The notes: generated from the letters alone by a model not told the origin. Counted from the first letter of the stretch, positions 1 through 8,262 are shown. The stretch: 31,541 bases of DNA from an uncultured delta proteobacterium (GCA_963705165.1 CAVPJD010000013.1:1-31541), one strand, 5' to 3'. Translations and numbers: made by a program.

Positions 1-127
1 ACCGAAGTTCGAGTCCAGCACAATCGCACAATTTTACCTTTGTACCTCGAGATGCCTAAATCATAAACGGGCAAGATGCAATGAAAATAACGGGGTATTA
101 AAGCCAGGAGTTCGGGGTTCGGCGGAA

Positions 128-288
128 AATACATGCAAAAAAGGGGCTGAAAGCCCCTTGTGGTTGACTTCAGCCCCGAATCCGCTCCTGCGAAATGCTC
201 ATTATATTCCGTCGTGACCTTGTCTGCCGCACCGAGCAGCACCTTGCAGAACTCGCGTATATCGCCGGTGTTCACCTGGTTCCGGAGC
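128..288 (-). pseudogene. Diverged orphan copy of the 3' end of the CBS-ACT gene and its downstream hairpin
   Basis: Minus strand translates LRNQVNTGDIREFCKVLLGAADKVTTEY versus LRVNTDNILELCKALRSAGYKVTTRY at 1681-1762. Hand alignment gives about 49/66 nt identity for 211-276 vs 1691-1756. Confidence 0.7.
138..160 (-). terminator. Intrinsic terminator-like hairpin
   Basis: Minus strand reads AAGGGGCT-TTC-AGCCCCTT followed by a T run. Confidence 0.55.
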
Positions 289-322
289 GAAAAGAGGCGG
301 TCTCTGGACCGCCTCTTTTCGC
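287..322. terminator. Perfect inverted repeat, likely terminator of the MFS gene
   Basis: GCGAAAAGAGGCGGTC-TCTG-GACCGCCTCTTTTCGC, 20 nt after the MFS stop. Confidence 0.75.
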
Positions 323-341
323 TCTGTCGATGGGATGGCTC

Positions 342-1573
342 CTACCCGAAGCCCTTGGGGGCCGGTCGCTTGAAGCTCATGGCAACGGCAAAGCCCGCCA
401 GCAGAAGGCCCGCCGCCACGTAGAGGGCGATTCCGGGAATCTTGGAGAAGACCAGGGGACCCACAACGCCGGCGCAAGCCCAGGCCGTGAGCATCATGCC
501 GTAGACCTTCCCGATGTAACCCGGTCCGAAGGAGTCAGCCGTGAAGGGGGGCATCGTGGCGAACCCGCCGCCGTAGCAGGCCAGCAGGTAGCATGCGATG
601 ATGCTGAACAGGATCACATTTCCGATCTGCGGCAGCAGGATATACAGGGCGGCCTGCGAAATGAACATGACCATGAAGACCATTCTGCGGCCGATCTTGT
701 CGGAGAGCGACGCCCAGAAGAGCCGCCCAGGCCGTTAAAGATCGATGCGATGGCGAGGATCGTCCCGCCCTGGACGGCAAGCTCCGCAGCGCCGATTTCG
801 GGATAGGATTTCCGGATCACCTCCTGCGCCATGGGTAGAGCTGGGAGATCAGCCCGAGACCGGCGGACACGTTCAGGAACAGCATTCCCCAGAGCATCCA
901 CCACTGGGGCCTCCTGACGGCTTCCTCGAAATTGAAGGATTCGGCGGTCGAGATGGACGTTGAGGAAGGCGTCCACCCTGCGGGAACCCATCCCTTGGGG
1001 GTTCTTGAAGAACTGGGCGGCGCCCGTGACGACAACCAGAAAGATCGCCCCCCAGATGTAGAACGTCGTGGCCATGCCCATGTCGTTGATCATTCCCGGG
1101 GCGATCTTTCCCATGAAGAAGGCGCCGGCGCCGAAGCCCATCACAGCCAGCCCCGAGATGAGACCCCGTTTGTCGGGGAACCAGCGAATCAGGGTGGCGA
1201 TGGGCGTCACATATCCAAAGCCGTTGCCCAGACCTGCGATGATGCCGAACCCGAGGTAAAGCAGGTAAAGATTCCCCACCTGATCGGCATAGCCTGCAAT
1301 CAGGGTCCCGCTGCCGAACAGGATGCCGCCGATGGTGGCCACAAAGCGGGGGCCCTTCTTGTCGACGAGGGTCCCGCCGAAGGCGGCGGAGACGCCGATG
1401 ACGACCATGAGGATCATCATGGTGACCTGAACTTCGAAGTCACCCCACCCGTGAACGGTCATCAGGGGCTTCTTGAAGACGGACCAGGCGTAAACCGTCC
1501 CCAGGCAGAGCTGCATGATGATGGCAGCCCCTGCGATCAACCAACGTTTGCTTTCCAGATTTTCTTGGCTCAT
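342..1573 (-). CDS. OFA-family (oxalate:formate antiporter-like) MFS transporter, broken by about 3 frameshifts (~1000, ~835, ~727)
   Basis: N-terminus RWLIAGAAIIMQLCLGTVYAWSVF, GLGNGFGYVTPIATLIRWFPDKRGLISGLAVMGFGAG and C-terminus CYGGGFATMPPFTADSFG. Pieces lie in ORFs 614-1573, 817-1035 and 342-683. Confidence 0.9.
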
Positions 1574-2317
1574 GGAATGATTCCTCTTTTGCTCTCCTGT
1601 ACTCCCAATACAAAAATAAGGGGCTGGAAACGCCCGGTCACTGCCCCCAGCCCGTGATGCCCGGCTGAATGGGCTCGATCTTCGTACCGCGTGGTCACCT
1701 TGTAGCCCGCACTTCTCAGCGCCTTGCAGAGCTCAAGGATGTTGTCGGTGTTCACCCGGAGCACGGAAAAACGCGTCTCCGGGTCGTTCCGGTTCAAGGT
1801 GGAGACCATGGAGATGATCGAAAGTCCCATGTCCTTCACGATGCCCGCGATGTTTGAGATCTCGCCCATGTCGCTCGCGATCGAGAGCTCGATGCGGGAG
1901 CTCGGCGTCCCCACGCCCATCACCTCGAGCAGGACATTGAGCATGTCGCTGGTGGTGATGATCCCCACCAGCTCGTCGTTCTTCACGACTGGCAGGCAGC
2001 CGATCTTCCTCTCGTTGAGGGTCGGCAGCCTCCTCGACGGGTGTTTCAGGGCTCACCGTCGCGGGGTTGCGCGTCATGATGTCCCCGGCCTTCATCTCCG
2101 AGAGCAGGTAATTCAGTTCATGGATGGACAGGGTACTCGCCGGCGAGGCGGAATTCTCGCGGATGTCTCCGTCCGTGATGATGCCGACGACCTTTTTCCC
2201 CTCCACGACCGGCACTTGGTTGATGTTCTTCTCCCGGAGGAGATTGCGCACGTGGAGAACACTCGAGTCTCTCGACACCGTAATGACGGTTCTCGTCATG
2301 CGCCGCCCGACAAACAT
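1570..2317 (-). CDS. CBS-pair + ACT domain protein (AcuB-like), frameshift at ~2020, 3' end uncertain
   Basis: MFVGRRMTRTVITVS...VVGIITDGDIRENSASPASTLSIHELNYLL, joined to ...LVGIITTSDMLNVLLEVMGVGTPSSRIEL and an ACT-like C-terminus. Confidence 0.85.
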
Positions 2318-2328
2318 ACCTGCCCCTG

Positions 2329-2435
2329 TTATGACTCCTTATCGGTCGCCGTCCCGCCCGTGATGCCGCCCATGGCAAGGGCCATTTCTTTGAGTTCCCT
2401 GGCCGTCAGTTTCTCCAGGGGTGTTCTCTTTCCAT
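2329..2435 (-). CDS. Tiny Rho-N-terminal-like peptide (needs one added C in a C run)
   Basis: RBS GAGGAGGAG, then ATG. Corrected reading MEREHPLEKLTARELKEMALAMGGITGGTATDKES resembles the Rho_N helix motif. Confidence 0.45.
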
Positions 2436-2548
2436 CTCGGCGCTCCTCCTCTGCAGGGAGGGCAAAAGAGCAGACCGGCAACGGCGGCATGAGTGCCGCT
2501 GCACCGTCATCATTGCACGATCATGAAGAATCTGTAAGCGAGCGGGTT

Positions 2549-2577
2549 AATATACCAAAGGGCACCGGGAAAATCAA
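2549..2577 (-). promoter_or_regulatory. sigma70-type promoter for the Rho-N/CBS-ACT/MFS unit
   Basis: TTGATT-17 nt-TATATT with extended -10 TG on the minus strand. Confidence 0.6.
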
Positions 2578-2588
2578 ATCCTCAAATC

Positions 2589-2817
2589 CTATGTTGAAAA
2601 CAGGAGCTGCCGGACCTCGGTGCGGATTGCCTGACGAACCGTCGGGGCAAGGGTTCTCCCGTGGGGACTCAAGTCCAAGGTCCGGACGATCGACTTGCGT
2701 CTCGGGGAGGCATGCTGAGGACTCCCGACGTGGAAAGACGGGGGTAACGCTGTCGGTGGGTGCTTTTGAAGGCTTGATCCGTTTCGCGGGGCTTCCCGGC
2801 AAGGAAAGAACAACCAT
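2589..2817 (-). CDS. Small hypothetical protein, probably frameshifted
   Basis: Strong RBS GGAGGAGG 8 nt before ATG 2817. The distal frame (...RKSIVRTLDLSPHGRTLAPTVRQAIRTEVRQLLFST, stop 2589) has GC-ending codons and ends just before the next promoter. Confidence 0.4.
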
Positions 2818-2859
2818 GATAGCGCCTCCTCCCGGTATGCGCCCGCGTCAACTGCCTGC

Positions 2860-5016
2860 CTAGATGTCTTCTTCTGCGGGTATAATCAATTTCCGATTTA
2901 CATACAGCGGGTCGCTGAGTTTGATCTTGTTGACCTTCATGAGGGCCGCGATGGACGTGTTGTGTTTCGAGGCGATTTTCTCGAGGGTGTCGCCCTTCTT
3001 TACCACGTAGGTCGCGGCTTTCTTCTGGGGCTTCGCCGCCGGTTTCTTCTCGGCCGCGGCCTCCTTTCCCTTTTCCTTCTCCGCCGCGGGCACCTTGAGC
3101 TTGCGGTCGACCCAGAGGGGGTCCTTGGGCTTTATGTTGTTGAGCTTGGCAAGCTCGGCCACGGTGGTGTCATGTCGGGCAGCGATTTTTTCCAGTGTGT
3201 CGCCTTTCTTGACCCGGTATGTCGTGAGCTTCTGCGCCGGCTCGGCCGCCGAGGCTTTCTTAACGTCCGGTTTTTGCCCTTTCGCCGACGCCGCAGGCTC
3301 CGCCGGGAGATCCTCGTCAGGCTTCTCGACGGGCACCTTGAGCTTGCGCCCCGCAACCATCGGTTCGTTGGGCTTGAGATTGTTGAGCGTCCGGATGGAG
3401 CGCACCGTCGTGTGATGCTGCAGGGCGATCTGCTCCAGCGTATCCCCTTTTTTCACCTGGTACGTGATGACCTCCGGGGCGGTCTTCTCCTCCTCCCTGA
3501 CGGGCGGAGCGGGCACTTTCAGCTTCCGGTCGACCCAGAGGGGATCCTTGAGCTTCATGTTGTTGAGCTTGAGCAGCTCCGCCACGGTCGTTTCATGGCG
3601 CACTGCGATCTTCTCCAGGGTGTCTCCCTTCTTTACCCGATAGGTGACCGTGCCGTTCTTCTTTGCCTTTGCCGGCTCGGCCGCCGAGGACTTGCGCTCC
3701 TCGGCCTGTTCGGCCTTCGCTGCGGCCTTCGCTGCAGCCTTCTTCGGCACCGGCGCCGCATCGTCCTCCCCTGCCTTTTCGATGGCCCGCCCTTCCCTCT
3801 GGCGGGGCTTTTCCGCCTTCTCGTCCTTCTTTGCGGCCGCAGACCCCGTTTTGTCCTTCGCCCCGGCAACCTGAACCGCGACGGGCGGCTGTCCCGAGGG
3901 GACGAACTTCACGATGGCCTTTGCGATGGCCCCGGCCACTTCGTCCTGGAAGGCCGGCGTCCGGAGCAGCTTCTCCTCCGTCGGGTTCGAGATGTAGGCC
4001 GTCTCGATGAGCACCGAGGGGATCTCGGGCATCTTGAGGACGCGGAAGGGCGCCCCCTGGACCTGAGTGAATTTAAGGTAGTTGATATCGGAGATGTTGC
4101 GCAGCGAAAGTTGCGCAAGCTCGCGGGAGCGGTTGACGGTGTTGGTCATCACCATGTCGAGGGTGATGATGTCGGATTCGTCGATGCTGTCGTCGCTGGC
4201 CCCGCCCATGACATCGGCGAGGTTCTCCTTGCGGGCCAGCAGCCTCGCCGCCTCGTTCGTCGCGCCTCCCGTGGATAGGATGTAGGCCGAGCCGCCCCGG
4301 ACCGTGCGGTTGCGCACTGCGTCGGCATGGATGCTGACGAAGGCGTCGGCGCCGTAATCCCGGGCGATCTTGAGACGCTTTTTGAAGGGCACGTAGTAAT
4401 CCCCCGTACGGGTCAGGAACGCCCGGTAGCCCTCGCGCTTGTTGAGGTTGTCATGGAGCTTTTTTGCAATCTTGAGGACGACGTCCTTCTCGCGGGTGCC
4501 CATCTTCCCGACGGCGCCCGGGTCTTCACCGCCGTGGCCCGCGTCGATGACGATGATCCTCGCCTTCTGGAGCTTCTTGACCTCCTGCCGGCTGAGGCTC
4601 TCCTTCTCTTCGACCTCGGGGAACTGCAGGTCGATGACGATGCGGTTGGGCTTTTCCAGGAACTGCTTGAGCTTGAAGACCTTCGCCTCCACGTCCTGCG
4701 TCAGGGTCAGCTCGATGCGGACGCTCTCGTCGGGCAGGGTGACAACTTCAATCTTCTCGACGCCGGCCTTGTTCAGGAAGCTCTGGAGGGGGACGTCCTC
4801 GGCCACGTCGGCATTCTTCACGGTGAGGGTGATCCTGCGGCCCTCCTTCGACACGACGTAGGTCGCCTCTCCGCTCGTGTCGATGACCACCCTCGTGTAA
4901 TCCGGGGCGGCCCAGTGACGGATGTTGGAGACATAGATGAGCCCGAAGGCAGGGGTAACCAGAACCCCCGTCAGGAGAAGGATTGCGGGCAAGAGCATGC
5001 GGAAAAGTCTGATCAT
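2860..5016 (-). CDS. N-acetylmuramoyl-L-alanine amidase (signal peptide, AMIN, Amidase_3, four LysM domains)
   Basis: IVIDAGHGGEDPGA, FVSIHAD, PSVLIETAYISNPTEE and four YxVKKGDTLExIA repeats. Start chosen at MIRLFRM. Confidence 0.93.
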   Translation of the reverse strand: MIRLFRMLLPAILLLTGVLVTPAFGLIYVSNIRHWAAPDYTRVVIDTSGEATYVVSKEGRRITLTVKNADVAEDVPLQSFLNKAGVEKIEVVTLPDESVRIELTLTQDVEAKVFKLKQFLEKPNRIVIDLQFPEVEEKESLSRQEVKKLQKARIIVIDAGHGGEDPGAVGKMGTREKDVVLKIAKKLHDNLNKREGYRAFLTRTGDYYVPFKKRLKIARDYGADAFVSIHADAVRNRTVRGGSAYILSTGGATNEAARLLARKENLADVMGGASDDSIDESDIITLDMVMTNTVNRSRELAQLSLRNISDINYLKFTQVQGAPFRVLKMPEIPSVLIETAYISNPTEEKLLRTPAFQDEVAGAIAKAIVKFVPSGQPPVAVQVAGAKDKTGSAAAKKDEKAEKPRQREGRAIEKAGEDDAAPVPKKAAAKAAAKAEQAEERKSSAAEPAKAKKNGTVTYRVKKGDTLEKIAVRHETTVAELLKLNNMKLKDPLWVDRKLKVPAPPVREEEKTAPEVITYQVKKGDTLEQIALQHHTTVRSIRTLNNLKPNEPMVAGRKLKVPVEKPDEDLPAEPAASAKGQKPDVKKASAAEPAQKLTTYRVKKGDTLEKIAARHDTTVAELAKLNNIKPKDPLWVDRKLKVPAAEKEKGKEAAAEKKPAAKPQKKAATYVVKKGDTLEKIASKHNTSIAALMKVNKIKLSDPLYVNRKLIIPAEEDI

Positions 5017-5045
5017 GTTGAAACCAATAGACCTCAAACGCGCTG

Positions 5046-5074
5046 AATCTATCAGATTTCCGGCGGTTACACAA
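5046..5074 (-). promoter_or_regulatory. Possible sigma70 promoter of the amidase
   Basis: TTGTGT-17 nt-TAGATT with upstream TG on the minus strand. Confidence 0.4.
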
Positions 5075-5151
5075 CACCGGCATTTAGAAAATCTGTTGAC
5101 AGAATCGGCCCAAAGTGCCATTTACACATGCAATTTTCGCAGGAGCCGCGC

Positions 5152-6015
5152 ATGCTGATTCGGGATTTGTTCGGTCAAAAAAAGAGAACGCTCTCCTTCG
5201 AGGTCTTCCCGCCCGTGCGGGAGGGAAACCTGGAGAGCCTGTTCAAGACCGTCGCCGAGCTGAAGGAGCTCAAGCCCGATTTCATCTCCGTGACCTACGG
5301 CGCCGGCGGCGGGACGCGGGACAAGACGATCGAGATCGCCTCGCGTGTGCAAAACGAGTTCGGCAGCGAGGCCCTCGCCCACCTGACCTGTGTGGCCGCG
5401 ACGCGGGACGACATCGCCCGCATTGTCGAGGAGATGAAAAAGCACAACATCGAGAACATCCTGGCCCTGCGCGGCGACCCGCCCAAGGGCGAGGAGAAAT
5501 TCGTGAGGCCCGCGGGGGGCTTCGGGTTCGCCAACGAGCTGGTCTCCTTCATCCGCGAGTTGAACGGCTTCTGCATCGGTGTGGCCGGCTACCCCGAGGG
5601 GCACCCCGAGGCGTCGAGCTTCGACGACGACCTGAAGAACCTGAAGAAGAAGGTCGATGCCGGGGCCGACTTCATCGTCACCCAGCTTTTTTTCAACAAC
5701 GACGACTTCTACCGTTTCCGGGACCGGGCGCTGGCATTGAAGATCAACGTGCCGATCATCCCCGGCATCTTCCCGATTCTGAACTACAAGCAGGTGCTGC
5801 GGATTACGGAGCTCTGCGGGGCGAAGATCCCCTCGGCGCTGGGCGAGAAGCTCTGCTGGCTCAAGGACAAGCCCGAGGACGTCGAGAAGTACGGCATCGA
5901 GTACGCCCAGAAGCAGGCCAGGGATCTCCTCCTCAACGAGGTCCGCGGCCTTCACATCTGCACGATGAACCAGAGCCGGGCGGCCCGAAAGATCGTCCGG
6001 GAGCTGGGGCTTTAA
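5152..6015 (+). CDS. metF: 5,10-methylenetetrahydrofolate reductase
   Basis: SFEVFPP, DFISVTYGAGG, AHLTC, ILALRGDPP, VAGYPEGH, KVDAGADFIVTQLFF; RBS AGGAG. Confidence 0.95.
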   Translation: MLIRDLFGQKKRTLSFEVFPPVREGNLESLFKTVAELKELKPDFISVTYGAGGGTRDKTIEIASRVQNEFGSEALAHLTCVAATRDDIARIVEEMKKHNIENILALRGDPPKGEEKFVRPAGGFGFANELVSFIRELNGFCIGVAGYPEGHPEASSFDDDLKNLKKKVDAGADFIVTQLFFNNDDFYRFRDRALALKINVPIIPGIFPILNYKQVLRITELCGAKIPSALGEKLCWLKDKPEDVEKYGIEYAQKQARDLLLNEVRGLHICTMNQSRAARKIVRELGL

Positions 6016-6113
6016 ATACTAGTGGCTTTTTTCGGTCACGACGGTATAATGAAATCCGTTCTGCCCGGGGAAGGAATCCCCGGGCATTGCCAGTCTTATC
6101 ACCGGGAAAACAC

Positions 6114-6190
6114 GGGCGGTTAGCTCAGTAGGATAGAGCGTTGGTCTCCGGAACCAAAGGTCCTGGGTTCGAGCCCCAGATCGCCCGCCA
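6114..6190 (+). tRNA. tRNA-Arg(CCG)
   Basis: Acceptor stem GGGCGGT/ATCGCCC, anticodon arm TTGGT-CTCCGGA-ACCAA, T arm CTGGG-TTCGAGC-CCCAG, encoded CCA. Confidence 0.97.
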
Positions 6191-6198
6191 ATAACTAC

Positions 6199-6232
6199 AA
6201 GGGCCTCAGAGGAATTCTGAGGCCCTTTTTTT
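6199..6232 (+). terminator. Intrinsic terminator after tRNA-Arg
   Basis: AAGGGCCTCAGA-GGAAT-TCTGAGGCCCTT followed by a T run. Confidence 0.85.
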
Positions 6233-6248
6233 AGTTCCTTGACCGGCA

Positions 6249-6277
6249 TTGACAGAGAACCCCATCGCCTATATAAA
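6249..6277 (+). promoter_or_regulatory. sigma70 promoter of the TA operon
   Basis: TTGACA-17 nt-TATAAA. Confidence 0.65.
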
Positions 6278-6305
6278 TACTCAAAGCATACAGAAGGGGG
6301 ATACC

Positions 6306-6494
6306 ATGCAAACCGCCAAAAAGGAAATCAACAAGCTGCTCAGGTCCCTGCCCGAAGACTGCTCGATGGAAGACATCCAGTATCATATCTATGTCCTCCA
6401 GAAGGTCGGGCGGGGATTGCAGCAGGCCGATGAAGGTCGGGTGCTTTCGGCAGAGGCAGTGGAAAAAAGGATGAAGAAATGGCTCGGACGATAG
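6306..6494 (+). CDS. Putative antitoxin
   Basis: 62 aa MQTAKKEINKLLRSLPEDCSMEDIQYHIYVLQKVGRGLQQADEGRVLS..., RBS AGGGGG, overlaps the toxin start. Confidence 0.8.
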   Translation: MQTAKKEINKLLRSLPEDCSMEDIQYHIYVLQKVGRGLQQADEGRVLSAEAVEKRMKKWLGR

Positions 6495-6799
6495 TATGGA
6501 CCAACGAAGCCGTTTCCGATCTCGAGGCGATAGCCGACTACATAAGCAGGGACTCTGCTGCTTACGCGGCGGCAGTCGTCCGTGAACTGTTGGATGCAGG
6601 GAATTCCCTGGACAGGCTCTCACAGAGAGGTCGTATCGTTCCCGAGACGCAACTCACGACAATCCGGGAACTGATCGTCGGGGAATACCGTCTCATCTAT
6701 CGGGTTGAAAGAGTCAGGATCGTCATCGTCACGATCGTCCACGGTAGAAGAGACTTACGGAAGCTCTGGTCAAAGGGAAATAGAGACAAGAAGACTTGA
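6479..6799 (+). CDS. RelE/ParE family toxin
   Basis: IVWTNEAVSDLEAIADYI...GRIVPE...IRELIVGEYRLIYRV...IVTIVHGRRDL. Confidence 0.92.
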   Translation: MARTIVWTNEAVSDLEAIADYISRDSAAYAAAVVRELLDAGNSLDRLSQRGRIVPETQLTTIRELIVGEYRLIYRVERVRIVIVTIVHGRRDLRKLWSKGNRDKKT

Positions 6800-6826
6800 G
6801 GTCCTGTTGTCTGCGAATTAAGACAA

Positions 6827-6884
6827 AGCGTTGGTCTCCGGAACCAAAGGTCCTGGGTTCGAGCCCCAGATCGCCCGCCAATAA
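6827..6884 (+). repeat. Duplicated 3' part of tRNA-Arg (att copy, not a full tRNA)
   Basis: 58-nt exact match to 6137-6194; lacks the 5' acceptor strand and most of the D arm. Confidence 0.92.
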
Positions 6885-6886
6885 TC

Positions 6887-6920
6887 AAAGGGGTTAGCAA
6901 TTTGATTGCTAACCCCTTTT
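6887..6920 (+). terminator. Intrinsic terminator after the att copy
   Basis: AAAGGGGTTAGCAA-TTTGA-TTGCTAACCCCTTTT. Confidence 0.8.
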
Positions 6921-6941
6921 CTGTTTCCAACCCACAGACAT

Positions 6942-7064
6942 TATTGAACAGGCAACAAAAAATGCCTCAGACGTCATTCCCGCGAAGGCGGGAATCCACC
7001 GATGACTGGATACCGGATCAAGTCCGGCATGACAGGGTTGAGTTGTCTAGTTGCCGCAGAAATA
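6942..7064. repeat. REP-like palindromic doublet inside imperfect inverted ends (MITE-like)
   Basis: GTCATTCCCGCGAAGGCGGGAATCCA...TGGATACCGGATCAAGTCCGGCATGAC (6973-7033), flanked by TATT-N5-GGCAAC and GTTGCC-N5-AATA. Confidence 0.7.
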
Positions 7065-7097
7065 GATGCCGAGCAGGTGCTCATTCCCAATGAGAAT

Positions 7098-7126
7098 TTG
7101 ATATTTCATTCGCAATCGGGTATTAT
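7098..7126 (+). promoter_or_regulatory. sigma70 promoter upstream of the ACT gene leader
   Basis: TTGATA-17 nt-TATTAT. Confidence 0.65.
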
Positions 7127-7211
7127 TCTTCCAGTTCGTTCTTTGTCGGCAACTGGTTAACGATCCAACGAACATCCCCCGAACCGGAGGATGCCATGAA
7201 AGAAGCACATT

Positions 7212-7249
7212 AAACCCCGTCACTCGGAAGAGAGCGGGGTTTTTTATTT
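7212..7249 (+). terminator. Terminator inside the leader of the ACT gene (attenuator or sRNA end)
   Basis: AAACCCCGT-CACTC-GGAA-GAGA-GCGGGGTTT followed by TTTATTT. Confidence 0.7.
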
Positions 7250-7320
7250 CCGTGGGGATGCAACAGGCGCGTAGATGAAAATAAGGCAATCCTGATCGAC
7301 CACAAAAGGAGGGACATGAC

Positions 7321-7719
7321 ATGGCCAAGGCAATCAAAGTGAAGCAGCTTTTTTTCTCATTGCCCAACAATGTTGGACTGCTCATGGAAATCACAGAGGC
7401 GCTCGCGAAAGCCAAAATCAACGTTGAAGCAATCTGCGCCTACGCATGGGAGGAGTTGGAGGCATCTTTCATGATCGTGACCGACAACAATGCCAAGGCA
7501 AAGAAGGTGCTCTCCAAGATGGGGGCCAAGGTGGAGCTGCAGGACGTTCTGGCCGTGGAAGTGCCGAACAAGGTGGGCGAGCTGCACAAACTCACGAAGA
7601 GCATCGCTTTTGCCGGCATCGATATCTACTTTGTGTACGGAAGCCCGGCGAAAGGGAAAATGACCCTGATTTTCCAGACGGAGAACGACAAAAAGGCCCT
7701 GAAGGCGCTCGCAAAATGA
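7321..7719 (+). CDS. Tandem ACT domain protein
   Basis: LPNNVGLLMEITEALAKAKINVEAI and VPNKVGELHKLTKSIAFAGIDIYFVY; RBS AGGAGG. Confidence 0.88.
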   Translation: MAKAIKVKQLFFSLPNNVGLLMEITEALAKAKINVEAICAYAWEELEASFMIVTDNNAKAKKVLSKMGAKVELQDVLAVEVPNKVGELHKLTKSIAFAGIDIYFVYGSPAKGKMTLIFQTENDKKALKALAK

Positions 7720-7726
7720 AACGGAT

Positions 7727-7756
7727 AAAACCCCGGCCCGAAGCCGTGGTTTTTTA
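7727..7756 (+). terminator. Terminator after the ACT gene
   Basis: AAAACCCCGGC-CCGAA-GCCGTGGTTTTTT. Confidence 0.6.
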
Positions 7757-7783
7757 GGAAAAGGAACCCTGGGAGGGTGAAAG

Positions 7784-7981
7784 ATGAAAAAATTTCTCAC
7801 CGGTGTTGTCTGTCTGGCGGCAATTGTGGCTACATCGGTTGTCCTTTTACCCGCGGCTGCCGTAAAAATCGCGGTGCGGTTGTCGAAGCCTCGGGATCGA
7901 GCAAAAAAGGACAGTCCCCGCGCTGTAGCGAACCCATCTTCCAGCAGATTGCTGACGGAAGCGCATAAAATACACGGTTGA
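7784..7981 (+). CDS. Small hypothetical protein with hydrophobic N-terminus
   Basis: RBS GGGAGG, MKKFLTGVVCLAAIVATSVVLLPAAAV. Confidence 0.5.
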   Translation: MKKFLTGVVCLAAIVATSVVLLPAAAVKIAVRLSKPRDRAKKDSPRAVANPSSSRLLTEAHKIHG

Positions 7982-8063
7982 ATGCGGTTCTCAAAACCGC
8001 TCAAGGCATCACTTCCGCGAAAAGAAGAAGGGGGACCTCTAAAGATTAGCCCTTGCCTCGGAG

Positions 8064-8116
8064 CGCCCGCCAATAAAAAGGGACATCCTGCGCATTGCAG
8101 CTGTCCCTTATTTTTT
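8064..8116 (+). repeat. Third, short tRNA-Arg 3'-end copy followed by a terminator
   Basis: CGCCCGCCAATAA (8064-8076) matches 6182-6194, then AAGGGACA..CTGC/GCAG..TGTCCCTT and a T run. Confidence 0.55.
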
Positions 8117-8146
8117 ACCTTTCGTGGCGGTCGAGTAACGGGATGA

Positions 8147-8222
8147 TTCACCCTCACCCCGACTCTTTCATCAATGGAAGGGAAGCATTCACCCTCACCT
8201 CAATCCTCTCAAGGGAGAGGAA
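8147..8222. repeat. REP-like CCCTCACCCC...AAGGGAGAGG repeat
   Basis: 17-mer TTCACCCTCACCCCGAC and 13-mer CTCAAGGGAGAGG both recur at 10966-11048. Confidence 0.7.
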
Positions 8223-8262
8223 AAGGGGGATCAGGGTAGGGTTTTTCCTGAGGCGCCCCCGG

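Larger units (their letters stand above)
6137..6884 (+). mobile_element. tRNA-integrated mini-islet bounded by 58-bp direct repeats (attL/attR-like), no integrase
   Basis: 6137-6194 is identical to 6827-6884 (AGCGTTGGTCTCCGG...TCGCCCGCCAATAA), period 690 bp. Confidence 0.8.

Noticed and set aside
2605..2760. Plus-strand structured RNA candidate with several G-U-containing helices, hammerhead-like words (CTGAGGA...GAAA) and a Moco-like CTCCCGACGTGGAAAG
   Set aside because: Hammerhead stems I and II cannot pair, there is no downstream plus-strand gene for a riboswitch, many alternative pairings are expected at this GC content, and a minus-strand ORF with strong RBS explains the region
2880..3645. 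Regularly spaced DNA repeats (CRISPR-like at first glance)
   Set aside because: They are the four in-frame LysM domains of the amidase; no cas genes or constant repeat-spacer units anywhere in the window
6827..6884. Second tRNA-Arg gene
   Set aside because: Lacks the 5' acceptor strand and most of the D arm; it is an att-type duplication
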